Below are positions 27,201 to 37,490 of a stretch of DNA of 64,000 nucleotides, one piece after another. A program made the translations under genes and the position numbers. This stretch comes from a plasmid. The DNA lies in the sequence record NZ_CP015284.1; one strand, written 5' to 3'. Below the pieces are notes generated by a model. That model saw only the letters and a list, made by a program, of their open reading frames with translations, did not search any database and was not told the DNA's origin. Within the stretch, counting starts at the first letter, position 1. Each line of letters begins with the position of its first letter.

Positions 27201-30200
27201 TGATTGATATAATATAGTCTTTCTTTTAGCAATTATGTTATCCCGTGAAATTTCTGAAATAACGGTTAAGAAGATTTTTCTTAAAGAGTTTTCATCACTC
27301 GATAATTTTGAAACATCTACTGGAACTACTGCACTATAACTGCCATCCTCTTTAGAGAGTGTTTCCAGGATTCTTTCAGATGAATCCTTAACAAATAATT
27401 TTATTTTGGTATTTGGCTTAGTCTTCCCAGATACTGTTAACGAATTACTAGATATATAATCATTAACATTTATAGTCAAATACGGCATTTCTTCATTAAT
27501 ATGACCTAGAAGCTCAGCTCTTTGAATACCATTTTCCTTATAACGAATTTGTGCGACAATATCTAAATAGGTTAATTCTTCCGCTGTTGTTTTAACATTA
27601 AAGTCAAAAGTTCCTTTTAATGAATTTATGTCCTTCAATGTTAAAACATTTTTATTATTTCCTGAAATCGTACCTTTTTTTACAATAGGGTTTGCTGAAT
27701 TAAAACTTATCTTATCATCTGGTAGTGTGATAACAATCTCTGTATCTGAGATGTTACGCCCTGCTGTGTTTAATTCGTATTCTAAACGAAGCGAAAGGTC
27801 TCCAGAAAATTTTAGATTCTGAGATGTTGTTAGTAAATGAGCTTTTGTCACAATACTATCGTTGTAGTGCTTGTAATCATCTCCTACTGCTACTGTCTTA
27901 AAACCATTAGCTTTCAAATAAGTATCGGCATAAGAACCAACTACAACATGGAATGTTACCTTATCCTTGTTTGCAATAAGGTTATCTCCAATATTTGTAA
28001 CACCTGCAGGAATATAAACATTTTCCAATCCTTCCATATTAACAAAAGCATTTGTATCAATACTCTCAACTTTATCTGGAATAACTAGTTGTTTCATCCC
28101 TTTGTTTCCTTCAAAAAGATAACCTTTTAATGCTTTTAACTCAGAAGGTAGCTTTATACTCTTTAAATTAGGATTAAATCGGAATGCTCCATCTCCAATC
28201 TCACTGACAGTATCTGGAATATCATAATAACCTATATCCGTTGATTCAAATGCACGTGAATCAATTTTTGTTAAACCAACAGGTAGAATAACATCTTTAA
28301 AACCTTCTTGTGGGCCGTCAAAACTTATAGCTATAGACTTATTATTTCGGAATGCATATTTACCAATTTCCTTAATCCCTGAAGGTACGATAAAGGTTGT
28401 CAAACCTGTGTTTTCAAACATACCATCAGGTATACGGATACCCTCAATTTTATTACGCAATTCATTCAATTTCTTACTGCCTGCAAAGGCTCTATCTGCT
28501 GTTGTTAATTTTTCAGGAATATTAACACTATTTAAAGTGTTAATATTTCCAAAAGCGTACTCCCCTAACGTTTCTACAGTATCTGGTAAAGTTAAGAACG
28601 TAAGACTAGTTCCATCAAAAGCGTGAGACCCAATCTCGGTAAGATTAATATTGTCTTTAAATGTCACTGATTTTATAGGTGTTACACCCTTAAAAAGATA
28701 ATCTGATACCTTGCTAACGCCACCTTCAAAATTAACAAAGATACTCTCAGGTCTTTGTTTAGATATTTCATCACCATAATAATTTTGATAGGTAAACGGT
28801 GATATTGTGTTAACATCATAATATCTATCAAGTTCTATATTTGACTTGATTTTTACAACTCTAAGCTTACTACTATTTCCAAAAGCTGACCTTCCTAAAT
28901 ATTGTAAAGAAGCCGGTAGCTCTATCACCTTCAACTGATTACCAACAAAAGCTGACGAAGCAATTCGTTGGATTCCTTCTGATAAAATCAAGTCAGATAA
29001 TTTAGTATTGTAAAAAGCACCAGAATTAATTTCCTCAATATTACTTGGAACTTCTAATTTAGTCAGTCCTGTATTAGCAAAAGCATTCTCAGAAATAGCT
29101 CTCAACTGTTTGGGAAAGATCACTTCTTTGAGTGAATGGTTATTTTCAAAGGCTCCCCTACCCAAATAAGTCAAACTATCAGGTAGTTTAACATGTTTCA
29201 AATTTGTATTCGCGAATGCTCTTTCATCAATGGTTTCCAAAGCATTATTTAAAACAATTTCACTTAAATAATCGTTTTGAGCAAAGGCATAATTTTCTAT
29301 TGTTTTAATTGTAGAAGGCAGGGTAAATGTTTTAATCCCAATATTACTTAAAAGAGCTGCTGGAATTTTTTCACGACCATCTTCAATGATTACATTTTCA
29401 AGTTTCTTACTGTTTGAAAAAGCATTATAACCACTTTCAAGACTCAAAGGGATATTTACTGAGACTAAGGTAGCAATTTCCCCAAAAGCTTCATTTTCCA
29501 GTGTCTTTATTTTAGATGGTAGAACAACAGTTGTTAGTTGTGTACCTGAAAACGCATTTTGTCCTATTGATATTAAGTTATTTGGTAACGTAATACTTTT
29601 CAAAGGAGTATCAGCAAAAGCAATCCCTCCAATACTTGACACTGATTCAGGAATTGTGATCTTAGCTATATTTGTCTTATAGAAAGTCTTATTTGAGATT
29701 TCTTTTAAATTTGCAGGCAAAGTAACCTTATCTAGAGTTTCAACAGAATCAAATGCTCCGTAACCAATCTTTTCAACACTATCTGGAATAGTAATTTCTT
29801 TAAGCTTGGTATTTGCAAAAGCAAAATCCTGAATTTCAGATAATGATGGCGGTAAGTTAATCGTAGTTAAATCAGAATTAGCAAATGCCGCAGAGTCAAT
29901 CTTTGTAACACTGCTTGGTAAATCAATCTTATTAATACCAGTTCCACTGAACAATTCACTGATAATTTCTGAGATTCCATCTTCAAAAGTTACAGTTTTT
30001 AGATTCTTAGCTCCTGAAAAGATACCCTCTCCCCATGCTACGTTACTCCATGGAGAATCATAAATGTAACTGGTAGTACTAGAATAACTAGAAATTGATT
30101 TAAGAGATTTTGGAATATGTACTGACTCTAGTGATTCAATACTAAACGCATGATTACCAATAGTCTCAACTTGACTCGGAAGCACAACTTTTTTTAATTT

Positions 30201-32714
30201 AGTACCACTGAAAGCATATCGACCAATTGTCTTCAGATTAGCTGGTAAATCAATAGAAGTCAGACCAGTGTTGTAGAAGGCTTCATTTCCAATACTAGTC
30301 ACATTTTCTGGTATAGAAATGTCAGCTAAGCCTTTCAAATCATAGAATGCTCCATCTCCTATTTTTTCAAGACTTTTTGGTAATACTACCGATTTAATGG
30401 ACGTTCCAGAAAATGCACTGAGACTGGAATAAAAAGCTCCTCTTATTTCTTTTAAACCTTCTGAGAAAGTTATCTTACTTAATTCAGAATTATCAACAAA
30501 GGCAGTTCCAAGAACTTCCAAATGACTCGGAAGGGTAACTTCTTTTAAGTTATTATTTGAGAACGCATTATCACCTAATGTCTTTAACTGAGTAGGCAAA
30601 GTAACTGCTGATAGTTTGTTATACGAAAATGCTTCTTCAGCTATTTCCTCTAAGCCTGAAGGAAGAGTTACTGACTCTAAGTTAGAATTCTTGAAAGCTG
30701 CTCTTCCAATCTTCTTCAGGGTACTTGGAAATACAACTGATTTCAACAACTTGTTATTAGCAAAGGCATAATCACCTATTTCTTCCACACCCTCTGATAA
30801 AACAATTTTTTCAACTTGAGTACTGTCTAAAATACCTTTTGGAATTGTTTTCATCGAAGCAGGGAATACAATTTCTTTTAGCCCAGTATTTGAAAACGCT
30901 CCTTCCCCAATAGTTTTAAGAGTTGATGGTAAAGTAATCTTTGTTAATTGTTTATTACTAGAAAAAGCATCTTTCCCAATTTCTTCTACTCCTTCTGGTA
31001 CGACAAATTCTGTAATACCAGTATCTGCTAGAAAACCATCAACAATTTTTCTAACCCCTGATTTAAGGTTTATTGTAACTAAATTTTTACTAGCACTAAA
31101 AGCATTTTGTCCTGTAACTAAATTACTTCCTACATCAATTGAAATCAATGTTGCAATATCTCCAAAGGCATGATCTCCAATATATTCTACAGCTAATGGG
31201 AAAAGAACAGCCTTAAGACTCGTACCTTCGAAAGCATTTGCTCCAATTTCTTTCATAGTTGATGGAAAATTGATATTCATAATCCCTTTTTGATTATAAA
31301 ACATCCTAGCTGGGATTTTTGTTACCCCCTCTTCAATCACAACCGTCGTTAACGGACTGGAATAAAATGGAGCACCCCAATAATCCCAACCATTATTGAT
31401 ATTAGAGGTCACTGTAACTTCCTTTAACGTACCAATATCTGAAAATGCATTGATGCCTAAATAGTTTAATTTTCTCGGAAGATAGATTGCAGATAAGTGT
31501 GTTCCTCTAAAAGCCCAATGTCCTATTCCAGTTAATTCTTTAGGTAATTCAATAGATGTCAAACCGGAATGTTCAAAAGCACCTGTTCCAATATTTGTAA
31601 TACCACTCGGTAAATTAATATGGGTAAGACTTGGAGTATCAGAAAAGACATACCTAGAAATCTCAGTCAAAGTTTCAGGAAGTTCAACAACTGATAATTT
31701 GCTATCACCTGAAAAAGCACCTTCTTCAATCTGTCTAACTCCATCTAACAAATTAATCTTTTCTAAAGATTTATTATTAGAAAAAGCATAGCTCCCAATA
31801 GTCTTGACACTAGAGGGTAAGACTATCTCTTCTAAACCAGTGTTATTAAGAATACCTGAAGGAATTGTGACAATACCATCTTCAAAAATCACTTTCTTAA
31901 GATTAACATCTCCAGAAAAGGCATGACTAGCAGTTTCAACAGATTTTGGTATAGTTACTTCTGTCAAAGTCTTTATATTAGCAAAAGCATTCTCACCAAT
32001 ATACGTTAAACTTGATGGCAATTCTATTTTGGATAGCGATGTCCCCTCAAAAGCTGATATTCCTATACTTTTTAGAGTACTTGGTAAAATTACTTCCTTT
32101 AATTTCGAATTATTTTTAAAAGCATTATTATCTATAACAGTCATACCTTCTGGAATTTCAATACGTGAAGCACCACTGGCATTTAACTCTTCAAAATAAT
32201 CTAATCGCTTTCTATTTTCTTCCTCAACTGTTTTTTCTACTCTACTATCCGAAGAATTAGTTAGAACTGATGCTCTGTCGTCACCTATTGAATTGTCTAA
32301 GGTTCTATTTGCATCTTCTTTAGAAGTAATCTTATCTACAGAACTATTATTATTTGCTACTAGAGCGGTAACATCTTCTGAGGGTGATGATGTACCAGTC
32401 TCCGGATTTACCTGTTCGGACACAGAAAAATTTGTTTTATGTTCTTCAGTGTCTATAGCCTTCTCTGAAGATGTTACTTCACTATTTGTATTAGAAGAGT
32501 TTTCAATAGAATGCGGTAACACGACATCACTATACCCGGATGTTACTGTTTCAGTTACCGTACTGTTTTCAGTGATTGTAGGTACGTTATTTGAAGCCTC
32601 ATCTGCAAACACAACTGAATTCCCAAATACCATGCAGGCACCAACTAAAACCGTCCCAGCAACAGTTACCCATTGACCTGTTCTGCGTTTTCTTAGTTTT
32701 AAAACTTCTTTCAT
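24210..32714 (-). CDS. Giant cell-surface protein (2834 aa): KxYKxGKxW-type signal peptide, BspA-type leucine-rich repeats, class-3 lipase domain, three G5 repeats, LPxTG-like (LPNTS) anchor
   Basis: N-terminus MKEVLKLRKRRTGQWVTVAGTVLVGA. Dozens of IG..AF....L..V.LP repeats. Lipase serine motif ITGHSLGGYQA. Three 95-aa units containing YVDDASLDAGKVREVAA..GQVLVEITDIYV.G (G5-like). C-terminus LPNTSSEYGYGFEWAGIIALATAHFGIISNKRKKNIKN. Confidence 0.85.
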   Translation of the reverse strand: MKEVLKLRKRRTGQWVTVAGTVLVGACMVFGNSVVFADEASNNVPTITENSTVTETVTSGYSDVVLPHSIENSSNTNSEVTSSEKAIDTEEHKTNFSVSEQVNPETGTSSPSEDVTALVANNNSSVDKITSKEDANRTLDNSIGDDRASVLTNSSDSRVEKTVEEENRKRLDYFEELNASGASRIEIPEGMTVIDNNAFKNNSKLKEVILPSTLKSIGISAFEGTSLSKIELPSSLTYIGENAFANIKTLTEVTIPKSVETASHAFSGDVNLKKVIFEDGIVTIPSGILNNTGLEEIVLPSSVKTIGSYAFSNNKSLEKINLLDGVRQIEEGAFSGDSKLSVVELPETLTEISRYVFSDTPSLTHINLPSGITNIGTGAFEHSGLTSIELPKELTGIGHWAFRGTHLSAIYLPRKLNYLGINAFSDIGTLKEVTVTSNINNGWDYWGAPFYSSPLTTVVIEEGVTKIPARMFYNQKGIMNINFPSTMKEIGANAFEGTSLKAVLFPLAVEYIGDHAFGDIATLISIDVGSNLVTGQNAFSASKNLVTINLKSGVRKIVDGFLADTGITEFVVPEGVEEIGKDAFSSNKQLTKITLPSTLKTIGEGAFSNTGLKEIVFPASMKTIPKGILDSTQVEKIVLSEGVEEIGDYAFANNKLLKSVVFPSTLKKIGRAAFKNSNLESVTLPSGLEEIAEEAFSYNKLSAVTLPTQLKTLGDNAFSNNNLKEVTLPSHLEVLGTAFVDNSELSKITFSEGLKEIRGAFYSSLSAFSGTSIKSVVLPKSLEKIGDGAFYDLKGLADISIPENVTSIGNEAFYNTGLTSIDLPANLKTIGRYAFSGTKLKKVVLPSQVETIGNHAFSIESLESVHIPKSLKSISSYSSTTSYIYDSPWSNVAWGEGIFSGAKNLKTVTFEDGISEIISELFSGTGINKIDLPSSVTKIDSAAFANSDLTTINLPPSLSEIQDFAFANTKLKEITIPDSVEKIGYGAFDSVETLDKVTLPANLKEISNKTFYKTNIAKITIPESVSSIGGIAFADTPLKSITLPNNLISIGQNAFSGTQLTTVVLPSKIKTLENEAFGEIATLVSVNIPLSLESGYNAFSNSKKLENVIIEDGREKIPAALLSNIGIKTFTLPSTIKTIENYAFAQNDYLSEIVLNNALETIDERAFANTNLKHVKLPDSLTYLGRGAFENNHSLKEVIFPKQLRAISENAFANTGLTKLEVPSNIEEINSGAFYNTKLSDLILSEGIQRIASSAFVGNQLKVIELPASLQYLGRSAFGNSSKLRVVKIKSNIELDRYYDVNTISPFTYQNYYGDEISKQRPESIFVNFEGGVSKVSDYLFKGVTPIKSVTFKDNINLTEIGSHAFDGTSLTFLTLPDTVETLGEYAFGNINTLNSVNIPEKLTTADRAFAGSKKLNELRNKIEGIRIPDGMFENTGLTTFIVPSGIKEIGKYAFRNNKSIAISFDGPQEGFKDVILPVGLTKIDSRAFESTDIGYYDIPDTVSEIGDGAFRFNPNLKSIKLPSELKALKGYLFEGNKGMKQLVIPDKVESIDTNAFVNMEGLENVYIPAGVTNIGDNLIANKDKVTFHVVVGSYADTYLKANGFKTVAVGDDYKHYNDSIVTKAHLLTTSQNLKFSGDLSLRLEYELNTAGRNISDTEIVITLPDDKISFNSANPIVKKGTISGNNKNVLTLKDINSLKGTFDFNVKTTAEELTYLDIVAQIRYKENGIQRAELLGHINEEMPYLTINVNDYISSNSLTVSGKTKPNTKIKLFVKDSSERILETLSKEDGSYSAVVPVDVSKLSSDENSLRKIFLTVISEISRDNIIAKRKTILYQSSAPRLKSFIMKHHGQSFDLTDGKPNNNVIFRPGEKFEFEVELENDKNVSGVSIKTSRNNKNGFIHLSRQSNPHLFKYKGFFDVNGIRDDFIPKDFIIKVETLNSRDSDGDGLIDSDKVKETDKKVISKYNPIIADKHKNSWDVSDRDLLIFSGLAYLSPKELEKLLPENGETGVSQFNFDELKSDNKPKHQFYDLNLESTDRSLFSNWIFVKQLENAFKEPEIAGNNPSPGEYHSTVSYFIDKNKENIIVAFRGSDEKPNKPNKFDLLGIDNEAGLGNIKIPGGNSPQERAAKYQINKIMEEVKLNYPNIENIYITGHSLGGYQAINAGDRILEDDNLADIEGKLRRVVNFTGPGFNNQQESFYRAIEKGKIFTRYLVDKIDRDNSFATMGQMTNDVKVPYKKTINNPDVSVHNLTSFFYTLDRGYRSSKSRFSDSGNYPLITDLVEVKNYLLTLPESPNYVIDPSGTIINSVTSKALSGAQVTVYYKDANGNEEVWNADDYSQLNPVLTSVNGEFAWDVPEGLWKVKVSKEGYISSESDWLPVAPVQTGIDFKLVPHTYSLNYNLGGGSVTRDLPSTYQTDVEVPLVSPTRSGYVFEGWYDNPDFIGNKIDSTLFNSVGDKTLWAKWALARQVKTRQESRVITTDKVEYVDDASLDAGKVREVAAINGQVLVEITDIYVDGKLQSSTEKELSRIEPQAKKVYRGTKQVSQVPDVAPIEQNKPEAIIETKVRQESRVLKTDKVEYVNDTSLDAGKIREVAAVDGQVLVEITDIYVNGELQSSTEKELSRIEPQSKKVYRGTKQVSQVPDVAPIEHNKPEAIIETKVRQESRVLKTDKIEYVDDASLDVGKVREIAAVDGQVLVEITDIYVNGELQSSTEKELSRIEPQSKKVYRGTKQVSQISDVALIEVNRIERNSITKEHQGVSTVINTKLEPVVMNQSSSEPLSSKETTIRTKGYLPNTSSEYGYGFEWAGIIALATAHFGIISNKRKKNIKN
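24497..25350. repeat. Three near-identical tandem 285-bp repeats inside the giant gene (they encode the G5-like units)
   Basis: The unit gatacctgttttgtgcctcgataaactttcttagattgcggttcaatacgtgataattc... recurs at about 24497, 24783 and 25068 with few differences. Confidence 0.8.
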
Positions 32715-33307
32715 TCAAATATCTCCTATTGTAATAATATCCTTCAAGCTGCTCTTTGACTGTTCTTTTGATTATCAAATTGTTTTATTATTCTTCATAA
32801 AATCTGTCTTAATACTCCTCTCCAGAAAAATCAGTGCTATACAAAGTAATGATTAAATCATTTGTCAAAAAAAACTATTCGAATTTGGACCACAACAATA
32901 ATTATAATATGTATTAAATTACTGAAATAATGGTCACTATAACAAATAGATACTTATATCCAACAAAGACACGAATATCGGATGATAATTAATATTTGTC
33001 ATCACCTAAACTAATGCTTATACTTTGAAGTAGAACGTAACTAAATTGTTCTTCAACCTCTCACTACTAACAAATAAAATCAATCCATTTTTTGAAAGGT
33101 CGTAAAATTATGAAATATCTACATATAGCATCTACAAATTACACTGTATGTCTGAAATAATCTGATAATTTACACCTCTTTAGTATTTTAACATAATCCT
33201 ACTCTTTAAAATGAAGATTTCCATGAAAATTTTGTTTTTAGTAAGCGTTTACATTTCTTTTATCTATACATTTTAATGGTTTCTCATTATTTTTTTGAAT
33301 ATTAGGC

Positions 33308-33347
33308 AAAAAAAAGACAAACATTAGAAATTATGTTTGTCTTTTTT
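33308..33347 (-). terminator. Rho-independent terminator after the nuclease gene
   Basis: aaaaagacaaacattagaaattatgtttgtcttttttag. Confidence 0.65.
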
Positions 33348-33408
33348 AGTTAATGTCCAAACGCTTACGCTGATTCTTATTGTAGCATAAAACATTCTAT
33401 AGTCAATG

Positions 33409-34314
33409 TTAGTAATTACTTGTGGCTGTACCGTCTAAGTAGTTAATATTAGCATTCTTTGAAACGTTCTGAAGTGTGACCGAACTCACATTTCCATCAC
33501 TTGTTGCTAATCCTTCTTCTGATAGTTCAACTCCATACTGTGAACCATTTTCATCAAAGGACGTCCAGTAAAGCGTTACAGTTCTTGGAATTAGCTCATT
33601 GCCAGTATAGTTTGCAACAACACAATAATCTAAGTACATATTTGGGTTTTTCTTCAACCATTTGGCTAGTGCATTTTCGTAGTATAGCATACCGTTAGGA
33701 TTATTAGTATCCGTTTTACTATCAGACATCGTTCCTGCATTCAAATAGCGTGTCATAGGTACTAGATTTTTGATTTCAGAATTCAATCCAGAAAACTGAT
33801 AACCAATAAGATGGCCACGATTCATCAGATATGCTTTTTTAACTTTTCCAGACTCATCTTCGTACTTGAAACGATAGTTATGCCAACCGACTGGATCAAC
33901 ATTAATTTTACTTTCCCTATCATCTTGTGGTTTATCCGAATACTTTAGTCTGATGTGCCCATATGTTGCTCTACCAAGACTATCCAAATCTCCATTGACC
34001 ATTAGCTTATGGTTTTCAAAAGGCAATGGACTATAGTTAAAAGCATCAGACTTTCCACCACTTGTTTTAGAAGAACTGTTTCCTGTTTCCGAAGATTCTG
34101 ACTTGGGAATAAATTTCCCAAATAATTTTCCGACATCACTTGAATTGGCATGCTCTCCTTTACTAATAACATTAAAGCCACTAGATAAAATACCAGGTAC
34201 ATTAATTCCTTGGGACATACCATATCCAGCTATACAAAACATAACAACAATAGCTATCGGTATCCAAATCAGACTGCCAAGACAACCTCTTTTTTCATTG
34301 TTTTTTCTAAGCAT
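33409..34314 (-). CDS. Membrane-anchored DNA/RNA non-specific endonuclease (beta-beta-alpha-Me, DRGH-type)
   Basis: N-terminal TM helix WIPIAIVVMFCIAGYG. Catalytic-loop-like NRGHLIGYQFSGLN. Confidence 0.75.
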   Translation of the reverse strand: MLRKNNEKRGCLGSLIWIPIAIVVMFCIAGYGMSQGINVPGILSSGFNVISKGEHANSSDVGKLFGKFIPKSESSETGNSSSKTSGGKSDAFNYSPLPFENHKLMVNGDLDSLGRATYGHIRLKYSDKPQDDRESKINVDPVGWHNYRFKYEDESGKVKKAYLMNRGHLIGYQFSGLNSEIKNLVPMTRYLNAGTMSDSKTDTNNPNGMLYYENALAKWLKKNPNMYLDYCVVANYTGNELIPRTVTLYWTSFDENGSQYGVELSEEGLATSDGNVSSVTLQNVSKNANINYLDGTATSNY

Positions 34315-34432
34315 AAGACCTCCTTAATTCTCTATAAATTCATTATAGACTTAGGAGTCACTATTCGTAACCCAGTGACATAAAAAAGACCTTAAGTGGC
34401 CTTTTGACTAATCTGGAGATAAGTTCATACTA

Positions 34433-35416
34433 TCAATCAATAAATCTTATAAGGTGATTCTTATCTAAACTATATCCTTGTATTTCAGCAACTTTCTTAA
34501 TATCACCTGTCTCTTTATAAACAATAGAGGCGTGGCTGTCTTTTAAAATGCTAGGAGTTATTACCTTACCATAAGCATGTCCAATGTTCTTTGCCAAATG
34601 ACCTATTGTATTTCTCCCCATAGGCTTTTTCAACATGGTTAAAAATAATGACGGTATAGAAGGGTCTAAGTCCCAGCGTCCACGTCGTTCCTTAACAAAT
34701 GGAGCTATGTAAGGAATTGTGAAAGGAAGAAAACGGATAAATTGTTTCTCATTGTTCCTAACAACCCAAATTCCTTTTTTACGCATATCAATATCCCTAA
34801 CTGTCAAGTTAACAACTTCTTGTGTACTTGCTCCAGTACCAATTATGATTGCAAATATAGCAATATTTCGCTCTTTCTCGTTTTCCCAATTATCAGCCTT
34901 TTTCTGAGTTGGTAGAGTTGTAACATAACTGTTTGCCATGAAATCAAGTAGACCTTCTAGCTCTTGCTGCGTATACAAAATAGTATTCTTCTTTGATTCC
35001 GAATATATAATGTTATGGTAACTCTCTTTATAAACAATCTTCCATTCATCAAAAACGTTACGATAAAATAAAGGCATACCTCTCTCAACTGTAAAAGAGG
35101 TATTCGTAAGGAAACTCCAAAAAGCTGCTAAAGTATAGAGTATGAATCTTTTCCCTACTGGTTTCAGACGTAAATTTGCCAAATAATTTTGAACAAATTC
35201 TCGTGGTAATTTTTCTAAGTCTGTCAATGATAGGGAGGCACCCTCTTTATCAATCGTAATTGCATAGCTATTTAAAAATTTCTGGATCACTGACAAACGT
35301 TCAACCATTTTGGGAGAAGGCTCTTCGACATCTACTTGAAGGTAAGATATATACTCATCTATAATATCTGGTAATTGCCTTCTGAGTGCTAGATATTTAT
35401 CTTTCTGTTTTGACAT
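34433..35416 (-). CDS. Tyrosine recombinase (XerC/D-like size, 327 aa)
   Basis: C-terminal R...H..R..Y architecture (IGHLAKNIGHAYGKV...HASIVYKETGD...IQGYS). Confidence 0.75.
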   Translation of the reverse strand: MSKQKDKYLALRRQLPDIIDEYISYLQVDVEEPSPKMVERLSVIQKFLNSYAITIDKEGASLSLTDLEKLPREFVQNYLANLRLKPVGKRFILYTLAAFWSFLTNTSFTVERGMPLFYRNVFDEWKIVYKESYHNIIYSESKKNTILYTQQELEGLLDFMANSYVTTLPTQKKADNWENEKERNIAIFAIIIGTGASTQEVVNLTVRDIDMRKKGIWVVRNNEKQFIRFLPFTIPYIAPFVKERRGRWDLDPSIPSLFLTMLKKPMGRNTIGHLAKNIGHAYGKVITPSILKDSHASIVYKETGDIKKVAEIQGYSLDKNHLIRFID

Positions 35417-35607
35417 AATTCTCCTCCTCTCAATAATGATAGCAATTAACTACAGGTTTACCACTACTTATTTTTAAACCTATTATATCATACAAGATTG
35501 CATGTTGATTTTAGATTTAACTAGTATAAAAAATCTCTAAAACAAAATAGCGATACATCGTGTATCGCTATTATATATATAATCTATCTACAAAAATACA
35601 TCTGAAG

Positions 35608-37071
35608 TTATACTTTAAAATAATCAAGTATCTCAGTCAAGAGTTGTTCTCTTGTCTCTTCAAAGTGGCTATCAGACAGTGACTCTAAACCTTTATCTTT
35701 AAGTTCCCACAGCTTCTCTTGCAACAGTTTCTCTGCTAAATGTTTAATATCCGCCTTGTTATCTTCGTCAGGCGTCTTTGAGAGTTCTATTTTAATTGCT
35801 GATTTAACTGCTACTACTACTAGTCCTAAACGGTCTTTTTCATCCGTTCCATTTTCATAGTTTGGCTCAGACCAGTCTGGAACATTTGAAGGACGATTAT
35901 CCTTATTAGTTGGATGACTATCTCTCAAATCTGAAAGTTTTGTGTACCCTGCTACTTCCCATTTATTGAGCAACGTTCTTGTCCAACCGAAAGTACGGTT
36001 TGCATCACTTCCTGTTCTTTCCAACGCCTCAATAACTAGTTCATGGTCCATTGTTTCAAGCCAACGTTTGAGTTGATTTTTATTATTGTAGTTGTCAGCC
36101 TTGCTCCCTTTAGGAAAAACAGTGTAGAATTTCTCCATCACGATAGCCATCTTACGTTTGAAGTCTAACTCCTTCTTCTTCTCAAAGGTAATGACTTTAT
36201 CGTTTGTTGCAACAATACGTCTCAAATCGTCATCGAACGGTTTAAACCTAAATATATAGTGGGTAATTGATTTTCCTTTTTTGATTCGCTCTACTGTCAA
36301 ATCTTGTATTACAGGAAGGCCATGCTCATCAACTAATAGCGTATTGATTTCATCCATTGCTTGCTGCAGCTTAGTACCTTTCGAACGAAGTAAACTTGGA
36401 CTATCCAAGATCAAAACTTCTTGCTCTAGTTCTTCAGCTGTATCTTTTACAAAACCTGTTTTACGCCAGTCTGCTAGATGTCTAAATAATCGTTTAGAAT
36501 ACTTACTCTTCAATAGGTTATGGTAGTCACGTCCATACTGAATGTACTTAGCTTTTTTACCCCACTCTGGGTTGTTAAAAAGGTCTTTAACTGTACGCCT
36601 GACCGCTACTTTTACTTTTGTTCCATCTTCTGTAGTTACTTCATCATATTCAGTATATTCCGCATCAGACAGGTGGATTTTAATGAGTTTGTTTTCGTGG
36701 TCTACTCTAAAGGTCTTGAACAGTGGGATGGAGGTGTAAGAGACAACCTTACCATCGACAACCTTTTCGGGATGTCGATATACAATTTTAGTCATTCTTT
36801 CCTCTAGTTCCTCAACTGTAGTTTCAAATCGCTTACCAGTCCTAGGAACAATTTTTTGTTCCCTAGAACTGTAAAATGTATTTCCTGCTAGCATTGCCAG
36901 ACTCGAATAAGAAAATATTGCTGCTTCGTTTTCATCATAAACATCTCGCAACTCACCAAATATAGAGTAAATCATATTTTCTTGAAGAGGAGAAAGGTCG
37001 CCAAGTTGGAACATTTGGGTAAACTTATTATCATATTTGATGATTTCTCTGAACTCTCTATTCTCTACCAA
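35608..37071 (-). CDS. Plasmid-type replication initiator with a C-terminal DnaD-like domain (TTG start)
   Basis: C-terminal segment MDHELVIEALERTGSDANRTFGWTRTLLNKWEVAGYTKLSDL resembles DnaD/initiator helper domains. Iterons lie immediately upstream. Confidence 0.65.
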   Translation of the reverse strand: MVENREFREIIKYDNKFTQMFQLGDLSPLQENMIYSIFGELRDVYDENEAAIFSYSSLAMLAGNTFYSSREQKIVPRTGKRFETTVEELEERMTKIVYRHPEKVVDGKVVSYTSIPLFKTFRVDHENKLIKIHLSDAEYTEYDEVTTEDGTKVKVAVRRTVKDLFNNPEWGKKAKYIQYGRDYHNLLKSKYSKRLFRHLADWRKTGFVKDTAEELEQEVLILDSPSLLRSKGTKLQQAMDEINTLLVDEHGLPVIQDLTVERIKKGKSITHYIFRFKPFDDDLRRIVATNDKVITFEKKKELDFKRKMAIVMEKFYTVFPKGSKADNYNNKNQLKRWLETMDHELVIEALERTGSDANRTFGWTRTLLNKWEVAGYTKLSDLRDSHPTNKDNRPSNVPDWSEPNYENGTDEKDRLGLVVVAVKSAIKIELSKTPDEDNKADIKHLAEKLLQEKLWELKDKGLESLSDSHFEETREQLLTEILDYFKV

Positions 37072-37249
37072 ACGCTTCTACCTCTCTTAGTTCATTCATC
37101 ATACATTTTGGTTGTATTTTAAATAAAAGTAATTATTTTACTACAAGCTAATTACTTACTGCAATATGTGACAGGGTATAAAAATATTAATTTACAACCC
37201 TTTTGTATGATATTATATCATTAATATTCTGATTTTCATAGTATTTTTT

Positions 37250-37490
37250 AAAATTTACAACCATTTTGTAGGATATACCTGCAATTTTATATGACACACA
37301 TGCATTTTTGTAGACTTAACATACAACTTTATAGGATATACATACCGTTTTGTAGGATACGCCTACAATTTTATATGACATACATACATTTTTGTAGACT
37401 TAACATACAACTTTGTGTGACTTTCATGCAAAGTTATATGATATACCTACCAATTTGTAGGATATACATACAATTTTATATGATAAAGGT
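37250..37490. repeat. Iteron-like direct repeats upstream of the initiator gene (candidate origin)
   Basis: Two about 67-bp direct repeats (ttttgtaggatatacctgcaattttatatgacacacatgcatttttgtagacttaacatacaacttt and a near copy), a third partial copy, and about 22-bp sub-repeats. Confidence 0.7.

Noticed and set aside
34320-34432. Short inverted repeats between the integrase and nuclease genes (gtcactattcgtaacccagtgac) considered as an attachment or recombination site
   Set aside because: A single small hairpin just downstream of the recombinase stop is more simply a terminator. There is no second copy or direct-repeat pair to support an att or res site.
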